Shown here: piece after piece, positions 38,211-48,136 of the stretch
Numbering within the stretch: the stretch's first letter is position 1
How the letters are laid out: every line of letters starts with the position of its first letter
Position numbers and translations under genes: made by a program
Source: an uncultured Clostridia bacterium
Lineage (GTDB): Bacteria; Bacillota; Clostridia; Oscillospirales; Acutalibacteraceae
Assembly (NCBI GenBank): GCA_946183545.1
Contig: CAMHCD010000001.1
Location: forward strand, 1-50,032
Direction of reading: 5' to 3'
DNA length: 50,032 nt
Notes under the pieces: model-generated
Told to the model about the DNA's origin: nothing
Database searches by the model: none
Seen by the model: the letters and a program-made list of their open reading frames with translations, nothing else

Positions 38211-39693
38211 CAACAAAAAAATTCCGCTTAACAAAAGTGATATACTGTATCATCTTATCAAGGGCTGGCGCGTTATCGCTGTGTCTACCTTAGTGGGGCT
38301 GATCGCGGGCGTCGCGCTTATCGGTGTGGGATATATCCGCGGAGAAGTAACCAAGGAATACCGCATCACCTCCTCGGTAGCCATCGTTGCGCTCAACCAA
38401 AACAACCAGTTCACCTCACGTTCGGACAACCCGTATAAGTCCGACGTCGAAATAGCGCGTGACATTACCGAAACATCGCTTTACATCTTCAAGAGCGAAA
38501 AAAACATGCAGGATGTAATCGACAAGCTGAGCCTTAAAAACGTAAAGGCTGCGACGTTATCCAACAACCTCTCGCTCAAACGCTATGAGGATACCGAAGT
38601 CATTGAGATGACCCTAATGTGGCGCAGCGAGCGCGAGGGTCTGGAAATCATGAAGAATATCATCGAGGTATCTGATAAGTCGCTGATCAACACCCTTAAA
38701 ATCGGTCGGGTAAGCCTTATCAACGAACCGAAGGCAAGCTTCATCGTAGGTGAAAACATCGGTATTTCCACGTGGATCTACGCGGCTGTAGTCGGCTTGG
38801 CGTTAGGTATACTCTTGGCGCTGCTGCGGTTTATACTGGCGACCACCGTTATCAACAGCTCCGATCTGGAAGAGATCTTCGGCTTGGATCTGTTGGGCAA
38901 TATTCCGATGGACGAGGATTTTGCCAAAAAGAAGAAAATCGAAAACGACGACCTGCCTATACGCGACGACATTATATCGGTCACTCATATGCTGATGAAC
39001 CGTATGGAACGCGCAAATATCCACCGGGTATATGTCACCTCGACAAAGCACGACGAGGGACGCACCCTGCTGCTTGCAAACATAGCGTTCCATATGTCGG
39101 AGCTGGGTAAAAAGGTTCTGCTGATCGACTGTGACATAAAGAATCCGCAGCTCGGAGCATTGTTTAAAAAGCAGCTCAAATACGAGCAAACGCTCAACGC
39201 GCTGTACCGAGGCGACTCCGACAAGGTTGACGCTGTACTGCATGTCAACGGCTGTCTTGACCTTTTGCCGGTTATTTTGGAGAAGAATCCCGACAACTTC
39301 AACGACGCTATGCTGCACAGCATAGAGAGCGTATCCGAAGGCTACGACTTTGTACTGATCGACGCGGCTCCTATAGGACTTGAAGCCGGTGTGCTGCGCC
39401 TTAACGAGATCACCGACGCCGCGCTGTTTGTGGTACGCTGCGACTTTGCTACCGTTGAGAGCATCAAAAAGGCGCTGCTGCGCATAAGCAAATCCGGCGC
39501 ACCTGTTATCGGCGGTATCTTTAACGCCTCCAGCAGCTGGAAGGACGCTTTTGTACGCACACAAAAGCACATGGAAAAGCTCGATCCCACCATGGCGCTG
39601 GAACGCAGGGCAAAGAAAAAGGAAAAGAAAAACAAGAAGAAAGCGACCAAGAAAAAGAAGTTCGGAGAGATCGACGAGTCCTCCGAAGAATAA
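38203..39693 (+). CDS. Polysaccharide co-polymerase (CpsC/Wzz-like) fused to a CpsD/BY-kinase-like domain, probably a pseudokinase
   Basis: TM, extracellular loop, TM, then I.S..DLEEIFGL.LLGNIP; Walker A-like STKHDEGRT, LIDCD, VLIDAAP, DAALFVVR; ATG 38203 overlaps the upstream stop. Confidence 0.82.
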   Translation: MDSNKKIPLNKSDILYHLIKGWRVIAVSTLVGLIAGVALIGVGYIRGEVTKEYRITSSVAIVALNQNNQFTSRSDNPYKSDVEIARDITETSLYIFKSEKNMQDVIDKLSLKNVKAATLSNNLSLKRYEDTEVIEMTLMWRSEREGLEIMKNIIEVSDKSLINTLKIGRVSLINEPKASFIVGENIGISTWIYAAVVGLALGILLALLRFILATTVINSSDLEEIFGLDLLGNIPMDEDFAKKKKIENDDLPIRDDIISVTHMLMNRMERANIHRVYVTSTKHDEGRTLLLANIAFHMSELGKKVLLIDCDIKNPQLGALFKKQLKYEQTLNALYRGDSDKVDAVLHVNGCLDLLPVILEKNPDNFNDAMLHSIESVSEGYDFVLIDAAPIGLEAGVLRLNEITDAALFVVRCDFATVESIKKALLRISKSGAPVIGGIFNASSSWKDAFVRTQKHMEKLDPTMALERRAKKKEKKNKKKATKKKKFGEIDESSEE

Positions 39694-39700
39694 GTACTAC

Positions 39701-39740
39701 ACAGACCGAAGGGCATTGCGCCTATTCGGTCTGTTTTTTT
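39701..39740 (+). terminator. Rho-independent terminator closing the three-gene operon
   Basis: ACAGACCGAA...TTCGGTCTGT stem followed by a T-run. Confidence 0.82.
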
Positions 39741-39804
39741 CTTTTTTCAGTGTGTTTTTATTAATGTACAACAAAAGAATATGGACAAAATATCCTGATT
39801 TTTA

Positions 39805-39833
39805 TTGTAATTATTAATAAGATGTAGTATAAT
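39805..39833 (+). promoter_or_regulatory. Putative sigma-A promoter of the phosphorelay cluster
   Basis: TTGTAA, 17 nt, TATAAT. Confidence 0.55.
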
Positions 39834-39881
39834 AGTACTATATATTTTTGCAACATAACCCGGTCAGAGGTGAATCATACC

Positions 39882-42797
39882 ATGGCACAAATCACAAACG
39901 CGCAACAGCAAGGTTCTGCGTCATCTCAATATTTGACCCCGATAGCTGCCTGGGCGCTTGCCTTCGGCTGCTCGGTAGGCTGGGGAGCTTTTGTTATGCC
40001 CGGAACCACCTTCCTGCCTATTGCCGGACCGTTGGGATCGGTTTTGGGTCTTTTGATAGGCGCAGGCATTATGCTGATAATAGGCATCAACTACAATACA
40101 CTGATAAAACGCTACCCCGACGCGGGCGGCTCCTATACCTTTGCCCAAAAGACGCTCGGCGGCGACCACGGCTTTTTATGCGGCTGGATGATGATCCTGA
40201 CCTACAGCGCCATTACCTGGGCGAACGCGACCGCGCTGTCGCTGATCATACGATGTCTGATGGGCAACATGTTTTGTTTTGGATTTTCGTACCGGATAGC
40301 CGGATACACGGTATACTTCGGCGAGGTGCTGCTGTCGTTTGCGATAATCGCGATCTGCTATCTGATCGTCACCCTCAGCAAAAAGCTGAGCGCCTATGTG
40401 CAGATCTGCTGTGCCTCTCTGCTGTTTTTATGCATTCTCGCGGTTTTTACAGCGGTGCTTGTACACCGCGGCGGTTTGTCCGGCATGACGCCTCTATTCA
40501 GGCAAAAAATAAGTCCTGCCGTACAGGTTCTCGGCATTGTTATTTTGGCGCCGTGGGCGTTTATCGGCTTTGAATCTATCTGCCATTCCGCTCACGAATT
40601 CCGCTTTTCGTTAAAACGTACGATGCCGATCATCGTAGCGGCGCTTATAACCGGCACTCTCTCATATGTAATGCTCGCTGTCTGCGCCTCTGCCGCGCAT
40701 CCCGACGGCTTTGAAAACTGGATCGACTACATCCGCGCTCTCGGGCACTTAAACGGGACCGCTTCCATCCCCACGTTTTTCAATGCCGAAAAAGCGCTCG
40801 GTTCCACAGGGCTTGTGCTGGTGGGTGTTGCGGCGGTTTGCGGCATCCTGACGGGCATTATCGGTAACTTTATCGCCCTGAGCCGACTGATATACCGCAT
40901 GTCTGCCGACAACGTTTTTCCGGAAGTCTTTTCCCGCAAAAACAAACATGATATACCGTATGTCGCGCTTATGCTTATTGCGGGCTCCTCGTGCTTGATA
41001 CCGCTGTTGGGACGCACCGCAATCGGTTGGATCGTCGATGTTACGACAATAGGCGCGGTGATAGTATATACCTACATATGCATCTGCGTGTTCACACTCG
41101 GCAAACGCGAGCATAACCGCTCAATGATTGTTTTCGGCATACTCGGCCTGATCTTTTCGTTTGTTTTCGGAATCTGCTATCTGGCTCCGTCCGTATGGTC
41201 GGAAAGCTCGTTATCTACTCAGTCATTTTTGATCTTGATCGTGTGGAGCGTGCTCGGAATGGTAGTATTCCGGGCGGTCGTACGTCACGACAAAGCCCGG
41301 CGCTTTGGCAAAAGCGCTGTCGTATGGGTCATTCTGTTTGTATTGACACTGCTGGTTTCGGTGCTGTGGATCTACCGCACTACTACAGAAAGCACCAACG
41401 TCGTCACCGCCGAGGTTCGGTTGGTAGAAAACGAGCTGGCAAACAAAATGGGGATCCCCGGCAATAATCCCGACGTTCTTGCCGCAGACGACAGCGTTAT
41501 TGACAGTGTACAGCATTTTAGTGAAACAACGCGACACAACATATATATCCGCGATTTTCTGATCGTATGCGCGCTCGCCGTTATTTTCAGTATATTCAAC
41601 ATTATCAAAAAACGAGAAAAGGATATCGAGGCGGAGCGGCTGCGAGCCGAGGAAAACAGCCGGGCAAAGAGCAACTTCCTTTCCAACATGAGCCACGACA
41701 TACGAACTCCTATGAACGCGGTTACGGGCTACACCGCGCTTGCGCTGAAGGAGGATAATCTCCCCGACAACATACGCGAATATTTGGAAAAAATAGATCA
41801 CAGCAGCAAGCATCTGCTGTCACTTATAAACGATATCCTCGACATGAGCCGCATAGAAAGCGGCAAGGTGGAGCTGAACACGGCTCCTGCCGATCTGTGC
41901 CGTATAATGGACGATGTAGTCAATGTTTTCTCGCTGCAAATGGAATCCAAAAAACTGAACTTTTCGTCGGATCACAGCGAGGTCAAAAACCGCTATGTCA
42001 TTTGTGACGAGCACCGCCTAAAGCGAATACTGTTCAACCTGATATCCAATGCCTACAAATTCACCCCGTCCGGCGGCGCTATACGTTTATCACTGCGTCA
42101 GACCGAATCCGTCGAAAACGAGGGCGGATATGAACTGACTGTAGCTGACACGGGCATAGGAATGAGCGAGGAATTCAGTAAGCATGTATTTGACGCTTTT
42201 GAACGCGAGCGCACCCAAACCGTCAGCAAAGAACAGGGCACGGGCTTGGGCATGACTATCACCAAGAGCTTGGTAGATTTGATGAACGGATCCATTTCGA
42301 TGGAGACAGCTCAGGGCAAGGGTACCACATTCACCATTTCGCTTCGGTTTGAGCTTACCGACGCGGATTCGGTGGTACAGACCGAGTCAGAAGATACAGA
42401 GCGCTCAATATTCGAGGGCAAAAAGCTGCTGGTGGTTGAGGACAACCCGATAAATCTTGAGATCGCCTGTGCTATCCTCAGTCAGGAGGGCTTTGAGATC
42501 GACACCGCCGAAGACGGCAAGATCGCCGTAGACATGGTCGCGGCTGCCGCTCCGAATACTTACAACGCTATTTTGATGGACGTTCAAATGCCGGTCATGG
42601 GCGGCTACGAGGCTACGAGACTTATCCGCGCCATGGACGGCGAACGAGCGGATATTCCGATCATATCCATTACCGCCAACACCTTTGAGTCAGACCGGCG
42701 CGAAGCGTTTGACGCGGGTATGAACGCGCATGTGTCCAAACCGTTCGAGCCGACCGAGCTGACAGCGACATTAGCAAAATACATGAAGGAATACTGA
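39882..42797 (+). CDS. Amino-acid permease (APC) domain fused to a hybrid histidine kinase (HisKA-HATPase-REC)
   Basis: N-terminal APC motifs FGCSVGWGAFVMP, YPDAGGSY, WAFIGFES; H-box [36 protein letters not shown]; REC VVEDN..ILMDVQMP; ATG 39882 after GAGGTGA. Confidence 0.9.
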   Translation: MAQITNAQQQGSASSQYLTPIAAWALAFGCSVGWGAFVMPGTTFLPIAGPLGSVLGLLIGAGIMLIIGINYNTLIKRYPDAGGSYTFAQKTLGGDHGFLCGWMMILTYSAITWANATALSLIIRCLMGNMFCFGFSYRIAGYTVYFGEVLLSFAIIAICYLIVTLSKKLSAYVQICCASLLFLCILAVFTAVLVHRGGLSGMTPLFRQKISPAVQVLGIVILAPWAFIGFESICHSAHEFRFSLKRTMPIIVAALITGTLSYVMLAVCASAAHPDGFENWIDYIRALGHLNGTASIPTFFNAEKALGSTGLVLVGVAAVCGILTGIIGNFIALSRLIYRMSADNVFPEVFSRKNKHDIPYVALMLIAGSSCLIPLLGRTAIGWIVDVTTIGAVIVYTYICICVFTLGKREHNRSMIVFGILGLIFSFVFGICYLAPSVWSESSLSTQSFLILIVWSVLGMVVFRAVVRHDKARRFGKSAVVWVILFVLTLLVSVLWIYRTTTESTNVVTAEVRLVENELANKMGIPGNNPDVLAADDSVIDSVQHFSETTRHNIYIRDFLIVCALAVIFSIFNIIKKREKDIEAERLRAEENSRAKSNFLSNMSHDIRTPMNAVTGYTALALKEDNLPDNIREYLEKIDHSSKHLLSLINDILDMSRIESGKVELNTAPADLCRIMDDVVNVFSLQMESKKLNFSSDHSEVKNRYVICDEHRLKRILFNLISNAYKFTPSGGAIRLSLRQTESVENEGGYELTVADTGIGMSEEFSKHVFDAFERERTQTVSKEQGTGLGMTITKSLVDLMNGSISMETAQGKGTTFTISLRFELTDADSVVQTESEDTERSIFEGKKLLVVEDNPINLEIACAILSQEGFEIDTAEDGKIAVDMVAAAAPNTYNAILMDVQMPVMGGYEATRLIRAMDGERADIPIISITANTFESDRREAFDAGMNAHVSKPFEPTELTATLAKYMKEY

Positions 42798-42851
42798 CCG
42801 CACAGTCAGCCTGACAATCATTAAAGAACAAACTCTTACAAGGAGCGCCAT

Positions 42852-44471
42852 ATGAACAGCTTTATTCAATCAAACAACTATAAACACAAAGTATTGGTCG
42901 TTGACGATGAGGCGATCAACCGCGAGCTTTTGCAGGCGATTTTATCAATGAACTACGATGTTACCTGCGCCTCCAACGGCAGCGAGGCAATGGACATACT
43001 GTATCGTTCAAAGGAGCCGTTCTCCCTTATACTTCTTGACCTGCTTATGCCGCAGATGAGCGGCTTTCAGGTTCTGGAGGCATGCAAATCGGACGAAAAG
43101 CTAAAATCCATACCCATCATCGTCATGACCTCCGAAAAAAGCGCGGAAGTTCGCACCATACACAAGGGCGCTTCCGACTTTATACCCAAGCCGTACCGGA
43201 TGCCCGAGGTTATTCTGGCTCGGTGCGAGCGCATTATTGAGCTGGACGAGGAAAAGAAATTCACAAGCTCGATCGAGTGTGACAGCGCGACGGGGCTGTA
43301 TATAAAAGAAGCCTTCTACGCCTATATCGAACGCATGCTGCCGAGCATCCGCCTTGCAATGGACGCTGCAATGATCCGCATTGACGGAATAACGCACATC
43401 GGCAGAATGTACGGCAAGCACGAAACGGATAAAATCCTGCGCAAGGCAGCCGAGCTGATCCGGCGCGACCTGTTGGGCAACAAGGGAATCGCCTGCCGCA
43501 TGAGCACAGACACCATAGGCGCCTACTGCCGTCACAAGCTGAATTGCGAGGAGCTTGCTCAGCAGGCACAAAAGGAACTTGCCGACGCTTTTCCGAAATA
43601 CGATATCCGCTTACGCGCCGGAATTTGCGAGCGCGTAACAAAGGAAACCCCCGTCAAAAAATGGTTTGAGTACGCGCAAAGCGCTCTGGACAACCTGCCC
43701 GAGGATAGATTCACCGCGCCGTACACCGAAGAACTGATGGAGCGCGACCGACGCGACGCTCAGCTTATTGCCGACTGGAAGGAAGCCGTTGACAGCGATC
43801 AGCTGATACTGCGCTACCTTCCCCTGTACCGTTTACAGGGCAACAGCCCCGTTATGTGCGGAGCTCAGGCTGTGTGGTACTGGCAGCATCCCACGCTGGG
43901 TCTGCTTAAGCCCGATGACTTTATGCCGCTGATGCTGAAAAACGGCTTGTTTACACGCACAGAGCGCAAGCTGCTCCGCAGCGCGGCGTCACAGGCATGC
44001 AAATGGAACCAAAAGCTGCCGATTTGGGTGCACGTCACCTCCACAGAACGTCCTCATGAGGTGCTAAGTTCGCTTATCAGGGAATACTCCCTGACCACCG
44101 ACGCGTTGGTGCCCATCTTCCACGAATCCGCGTTTCTTGAAGACACCGCGGGATCCGTCAGGGTCATACAGCAGACAAAGGATCTGGGCTTCACTGTGGC
44201 TATGGGCGGCTTTGGCAAACGCGGCTTGCCGTTTACAACGCTCGCCTCGCTGCCTATCGACGTGTATATGCCTGCCGCGTCCCTTTTTGCACAGATAAAC
44301 ACCAAGCAAAACCCGTTATCGCTGGCTATTGCTCTTGCAAATAACCTCAACGCGGAAACCGCTGTTTGCAATGTAACGTCCAAGCAGGAGCTTGACGCGC
44401 TGTACGATATGGGCTGCACGATAGCGCAGGGCGACGTGCTCTCCCCTGCCGTGACCGCCGACGAACTATAA
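42852..44471 (+). CDS. Response regulator REC, degenerate GGDEF, degenerate EAL
   Basis: REC VVDDE..LLDLLMP..KP; DSATGLY then RMSTDTI in place of GGDEF; EAL region reads GAQAV.YWQHP and MGGFGKRG rather than EAL/DDFG. Confidence 0.82.
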   Translation: MNSFIQSNNYKHKVLVVDDEAINRELLQAILSMNYDVTCASNGSEAMDILYRSKEPFSLILLDLLMPQMSGFQVLEACKSDEKLKSIPIIVMTSEKSAEVRTIHKGASDFIPKPYRMPEVILARCERIIELDEEKKFTSSIECDSATGLYIKEAFYAYIERMLPSIRLAMDAAMIRIDGITHIGRMYGKHETDKILRKAAELIRRDLLGNKGIACRMSTDTIGAYCRHKLNCEELAQQAQKELADAFPKYDIRLRAGICERVTKETPVKKWFEYAQSALDNLPEDRFTAPYTEELMERDRRDAQLIADWKEAVDSDQLILRYLPLYRLQGNSPVMCGAQAVWYWQHPTLGLLKPDDFMPLMLKNGLFTRTERKLLRSAASQACKWNQKLPIWVHVTSTERPHEVLSSLIREYSLTTDALVPIFHESAFLEDTAGSVRVIQQTKDLGFTVAMGGFGKRGLPFTTLASLPIDVYMPAASLFAQINTKQNPLSLAIALANNLNAETAVCNVTSKQELDALYDMGCTIAQGDVLSPAVTADEL

Positions 44472-44483
44472 GGAGGAACCGAC

Positions 44484-44828
44484 ATGATAACTATTGAAAT
44501 GCTCAGGAATTTCGGCGCTGATACCGAGGAAGGTCTGGCGCGCTGCTATAACAACGAAGCACTCTACCTTAAGCTTATAGGTATGCTTCCAAACGAAAAG
44601 AATTTTGACAACCTAAGCGCCGCGCTTGCCGCCGACGATCTGGACGCAGCCTTTGAAGCGGCACACGCGCTAAAGGGTGTGCTTGGCAACCTGTCGCTCA
44701 CCCCGATGTACGAAAAAAGCTCACAGATAACCGAGCTGCTGCGTGAGCGTACCCGCATGGATTACACGCCGATGCTCAAGGAGCTGCTTGACATGAAGGA
44801 GCGGCTTACCGCAATGATAAACGATTAA
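44484..44828 (+). CDS. Hpt (histidine phosphotransfer) protein
   Basis: EEGLARC...[15 protein letters not shown] motif; AAGGAGG RBS. Confidence 0.9.
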   Translation: MITIEMLRNFGADTEEGLARCYNNEALYLKLIGMLPNEKNFDNLSAALAADDLDAAFEAAHALKGVLGNLSLTPMYEKSSQITELLRERTRMDYTPMLKELLDMKERLTAMIND

Positions 44829-44857
44829 TACTGCTTTACGAAAGGGGGGGTTGCGTC

Positions 44858-47800
44858 ATGACTTCTGTGAACAATCCTCACAAAAAAATAAGATTACCGC
44901 TTACCGCGATACTTTGCGTACTGCTTTGCTTAGCCGGTATGCTGCCTGCGAGCGCCTCAAGAAGAACAACAGAAAAGCCCCCTGTCAAGGTAGGCTACTA
45001 CGAAAACGAGGTGTTTCAGGAGGGCGCGGAACAGGGCGCGGTAAAAAAAGGCTACGCCTATGAGTATTACCGCAAGCTGTCGGAGTACACAGGCTGGAAG
45101 TACGAGTACGTATACGGCAGCTTTTCAGACCTGTATCAACAGCTTATCGACGGAAAAATCGATCTTCTGGCGGGTCTTGCCTACAAAGAGGAGCGCAAGG
45201 AGCTGTTCGGATATCCTGATGAAATCATGGGCAGCGAGTCCTACAACCTTTTAAAGCACGAAAATGACAATGATATCACTATGGAGCAAAGCACGCTGAA
45301 CGATAAAAGGATCGGCGTACTTGACAGCGCCATAGTTGATGTACTCAATGGATTTTTAAAGAAGCACAACCTCAAAGCCAGTGTAAAAAAATACAGCGAC
45401 TACGACAAGGTTTACGACGCCTTCGATAAAAAAGAGGTCGATGTGATAGCTGTTGAGGGCGACGGAAGCTACGGAAGAAAACATGCCGAAATGCTGTATT
45501 CCTTCGGTTCGTCGGGCTATTATTTGTGCGTCAACAAAAAGCGCCCCGATCTGCTTCGCGAGCTGAATACCGCGCAGTCGACCCTGTTTGCCGAGGATCA
45601 TAACTATCTAAACAATCTAAACAACAAATACTATCCTGCCAGTGTATCGGAACGCGCGTTCTCTCAGCCCGAAAAGGACTGGATAAGCTCTCACGATGAG
45701 CTTCGCGTCGGTTATTTGGAAAACTACCTCCCATACAGCGGTACCAACGACAACGGAAATGTAACCGGTATCGTAAGCGACTATGTTCCGCAGATGCTCA
45801 AAACCCTCGGGATCAGCGACATCAAAATAAGTTACAAGGGATATGACAACTACGACAAAATGCTAAAGGACGTCGATCAACAGACCCTTGATTTGGCTTT
45901 CCCTGTAGGCGGCGGATCGTACTACTCCGAGGAAAACGGCATCTATCAGTCCAAAGCCGTTGCAGCCCCTGTCATAGAGCTGGTATACAAAAACGTATAT
46001 AACAAAAACACCGTCAAGCATATAGCGCTTGACGAAAGCAACCGCATCAAGTATTACTCCGTCAAGTCACATTATCCCGACGCGGATATAATCCTCTACC
46101 CCTCCGTAGAGGCATGCCTTGACGCCGTTCTTGCCGATGAGGTGGACTGCACCGTACTGAACGGTCTGCGCGCCAATGAATACCTTAAAAACAGCCGTTA
46201 CGACAAACTGTCGGTACAGCAGCTGGGAATCAGCGAGGAGCATTGCTTCGGCGTCGCTATCGGCAACGAGGGCTTGCTAAAGCTCGTTAACCGCGGCGTT
46301 ACCCTGCTGGGCACCGACTATGCCCAAACTCTTGCCGCGCGCTATACGTCGGGACTGTACAACTACACTCTGTTGGATTTGATCGGCGAGCACCTTGTGT
46401 TCTTTATCTCCGCAATACTGCTGATCGCGGGGCTTATAATCTTTCTGCTTATCCGCAGCATGCAGCGAAAGAAAAAGCAGATTTTGGAAACCGAAAAGGC
46501 GCGCGTGGAGCTGGAGGAAAAGAACAACGAGCTTGCAAAAAACAAGGAAGCGCTCTCTGACGCGCTTGTGGACGCGGAGCGCGCAAACCGCGCCAAAACC
46601 GCATTCCTAAACAATATGTCGCACGACATCCGAACCCCGATGAACGCCATAGTCGGCTTTACCTCTATGGCGGAAAAGAATATCAACAACAAGGAGCTGA
46701 TCAAGGATTACCTTAACAAGATAACGGTATCGAGCCGTCATCTGCTGTCACTGATCAACGACGTACTGGACATGAGCCGCATCGAAAGCGGCAAAATGCA
46801 TATTGACGAGAGCGACGTTCACTTGCCCGACCTGATCCACGATCTGTGGACTATCATTCAATCCAACGTCAAGTCAAAGCAGCTCCATATGTTTATTGAC
46901 ATAAAGGATGTGCGCAACGAGGATATAATCACAGACAAGCTGCGGCTGAATCAGGTGCTTTTAAATATTCTGGGCAACGCGATCAAATTCACCCCAAACG
47001 GCGGCACAATAAGCTTCAGCATTATTGAAAAGGCTCTGCCCACCGAAGACATGACCGACTTTGAGTTCCGCATAAAGGACAACGGTATCGGCATGAGCGA
47101 GGAGTTCCAAAAGACTATTTTTGAAGCGTTCTCCCGCGAGAAAACAAGCACCGTCAGCGGGATCCAGGGCACCGGCTTGGGAATGGCTATCACTAAAAAC
47201 ATCATCGACCTTATGGGCGGTACCATAACCGTTAAATCCAAGGAGGGCGTGGGAAGCGAATTTATTATAAACCTCCCGTGCCGCATAAGCGATAACTCGG
47301 TACAATACGAAAGGATCACCGAGCTTGACGGACTACGCGCGCTTGTCACCGACGATGATGAAGGCACCTGCAAATCACTATGCTCTATGCTCAGCGAACT
47401 CGGCATGCGTCCCGAATCAGCCTTCAACGGCGAGGATGCGGTCAAGCTCGCCGCGCAAGCCTCTGAGCAGGGCGAAAAGTTCCGCGTATATATTCTTGAC
47501 ATGGTCATGCCCGATATGAACGGCATTGAAACCGCGCGCCGTCTCCGCAGCTTTATCAGCGACAAAGACCCCATCATTATTTTGACCGCCTACGACTGGT
47601 CCGACTTTGAGCAGGAGGCGCGCGAGGCAGGCGTTACGGGCTTCTGCACCAAGCCTATGTTTATGTCTGAGCTGCGCAGCACACTGCAGCAGCCGTTCCG
47701 CGTTGATTCGCAAAACAGCGCCGCAGAGCAAGACAAGGTTGACTTCACGGGCAAGCGCATACTGCTTGCCGAGGACAATGAGATGAACCAGCTGATCGCC

Positions 47801-48127
47801 GTTTCCATTTTGGAGGGTGCGGGCTTTATTGTGGACATAGCCGGAGACGGCATAGAGGCGGTGGAAAAAATCACTTCCGCCGAACCGGATCACTACGATG
47901 TTGTACTGATGGATATTCAAATGCCGCGCATGGACGGCTACGAAGCCTCCAAGCGCATTCGCGCTTTGGACGATCCGATTAAATCCAACATACCTATCAT
48001 CGCCGTTACCGCAAATGCCTTTGACGAGGATCGCAAATTTGCTATGGAAGCAGGCATGAACGGTCATCTTGCTAAACCTTACGATATCCCCGAAATTATG
48101 AAAAAGCTTAAAAAAGTCCTGCGATAA
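44858..48127 (+). CDS. Hybrid sensor kinase: two extracellular solute-binding (family 3-like) domains, TM, HisKA, HATPase, two REC domains
   Basis: Signal/TM at the N-terminus, VKVGYY..G.IDLL and LRVGYL..YLPY repeats, [39 protein letters not shown] and LMDIQMP. Confidence 0.9.
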   Translation: MTSVNNPHKKIRLPLTAILCVLLCLAGMLPASASRRTTEKPPVKVGYYENEVFQEGAEQGAVKKGYAYEYYRKLSEYTGWKYEYVYGSFSDLYQQLIDGKIDLLAGLAYKEERKELFGYPDEIMGSESYNLLKHENDNDITMEQSTLNDKRIGVLDSAIVDVLNGFLKKHNLKASVKKYSDYDKVYDAFDKKEVDVIAVEGDGSYGRKHAEMLYSFGSSGYYLCVNKKRPDLLRELNTAQSTLFAEDHNYLNNLNNKYYPASVSERAFSQPEKDWISSHDELRVGYLENYLPYSGTNDNGNVTGIVSDYVPQMLKTLGISDIKISYKGYDNYDKMLKDVDQQTLDLAFPVGGGSYYSEENGIYQSKAVAAPVIELVYKNVYNKNTVKHIALDESNRIKYYSVKSHYPDADIILYPSVEACLDAVLADEVDCTVLNGLRANEYLKNSRYDKLSVQQLGISEEHCFGVAIGNEGLLKLVNRGVTLLGTDYAQTLAARYTSGLYNYTLLDLIGEHLVFFISAILLIAGLIIFLLIRSMQRKKKQILETEKARVELEEKNNELAKNKEALSDALVDAERANRAKTAFLNNMSHDIRTPMNAIVGFTSMAEKNINNKELIKDYLNKITVSSRHLLSLINDVLDMSRIESGKMHIDESDVHLPDLIHDLWTIIQSNVKSKQLHMFIDIKDVRNEDIITDKLRLNQVLLNILGNAIKFTPNGGTISFSIIEKALPTEDMTDFEFRIKDNGIGMSEEFQKTIFEAFSREKTSTVSGIQGTGLGMAITKNIIDLMGGTITVKSKEGVGSEFIINLPCRISDNSVQYERITELDGLRALVTDDDEGTCKSLCSMLSELGMRPESAFNGEDAVKLAAQASEQGEKFRVYILDMVMPDMNGIETARRLRSFISDKDPIIILTAYDWSDFEQEAREAGVTGFCTKPMFMSELRSTLQQPFRVDSQNSAAEQDKVDFTGKRILLAEDNEMNQLIAVSILEGAGFIVDIAGDGIEAVEKITSAEPDHYDVVLMDIQMPRMDGYEASKRIRALDDPIKSNIPIIAVTANAFDEDRKFAMEAGMNGHLAKPYDIPEIMKKLKKVLR

Positions 48128-48136
48128 GGAGGCAGT

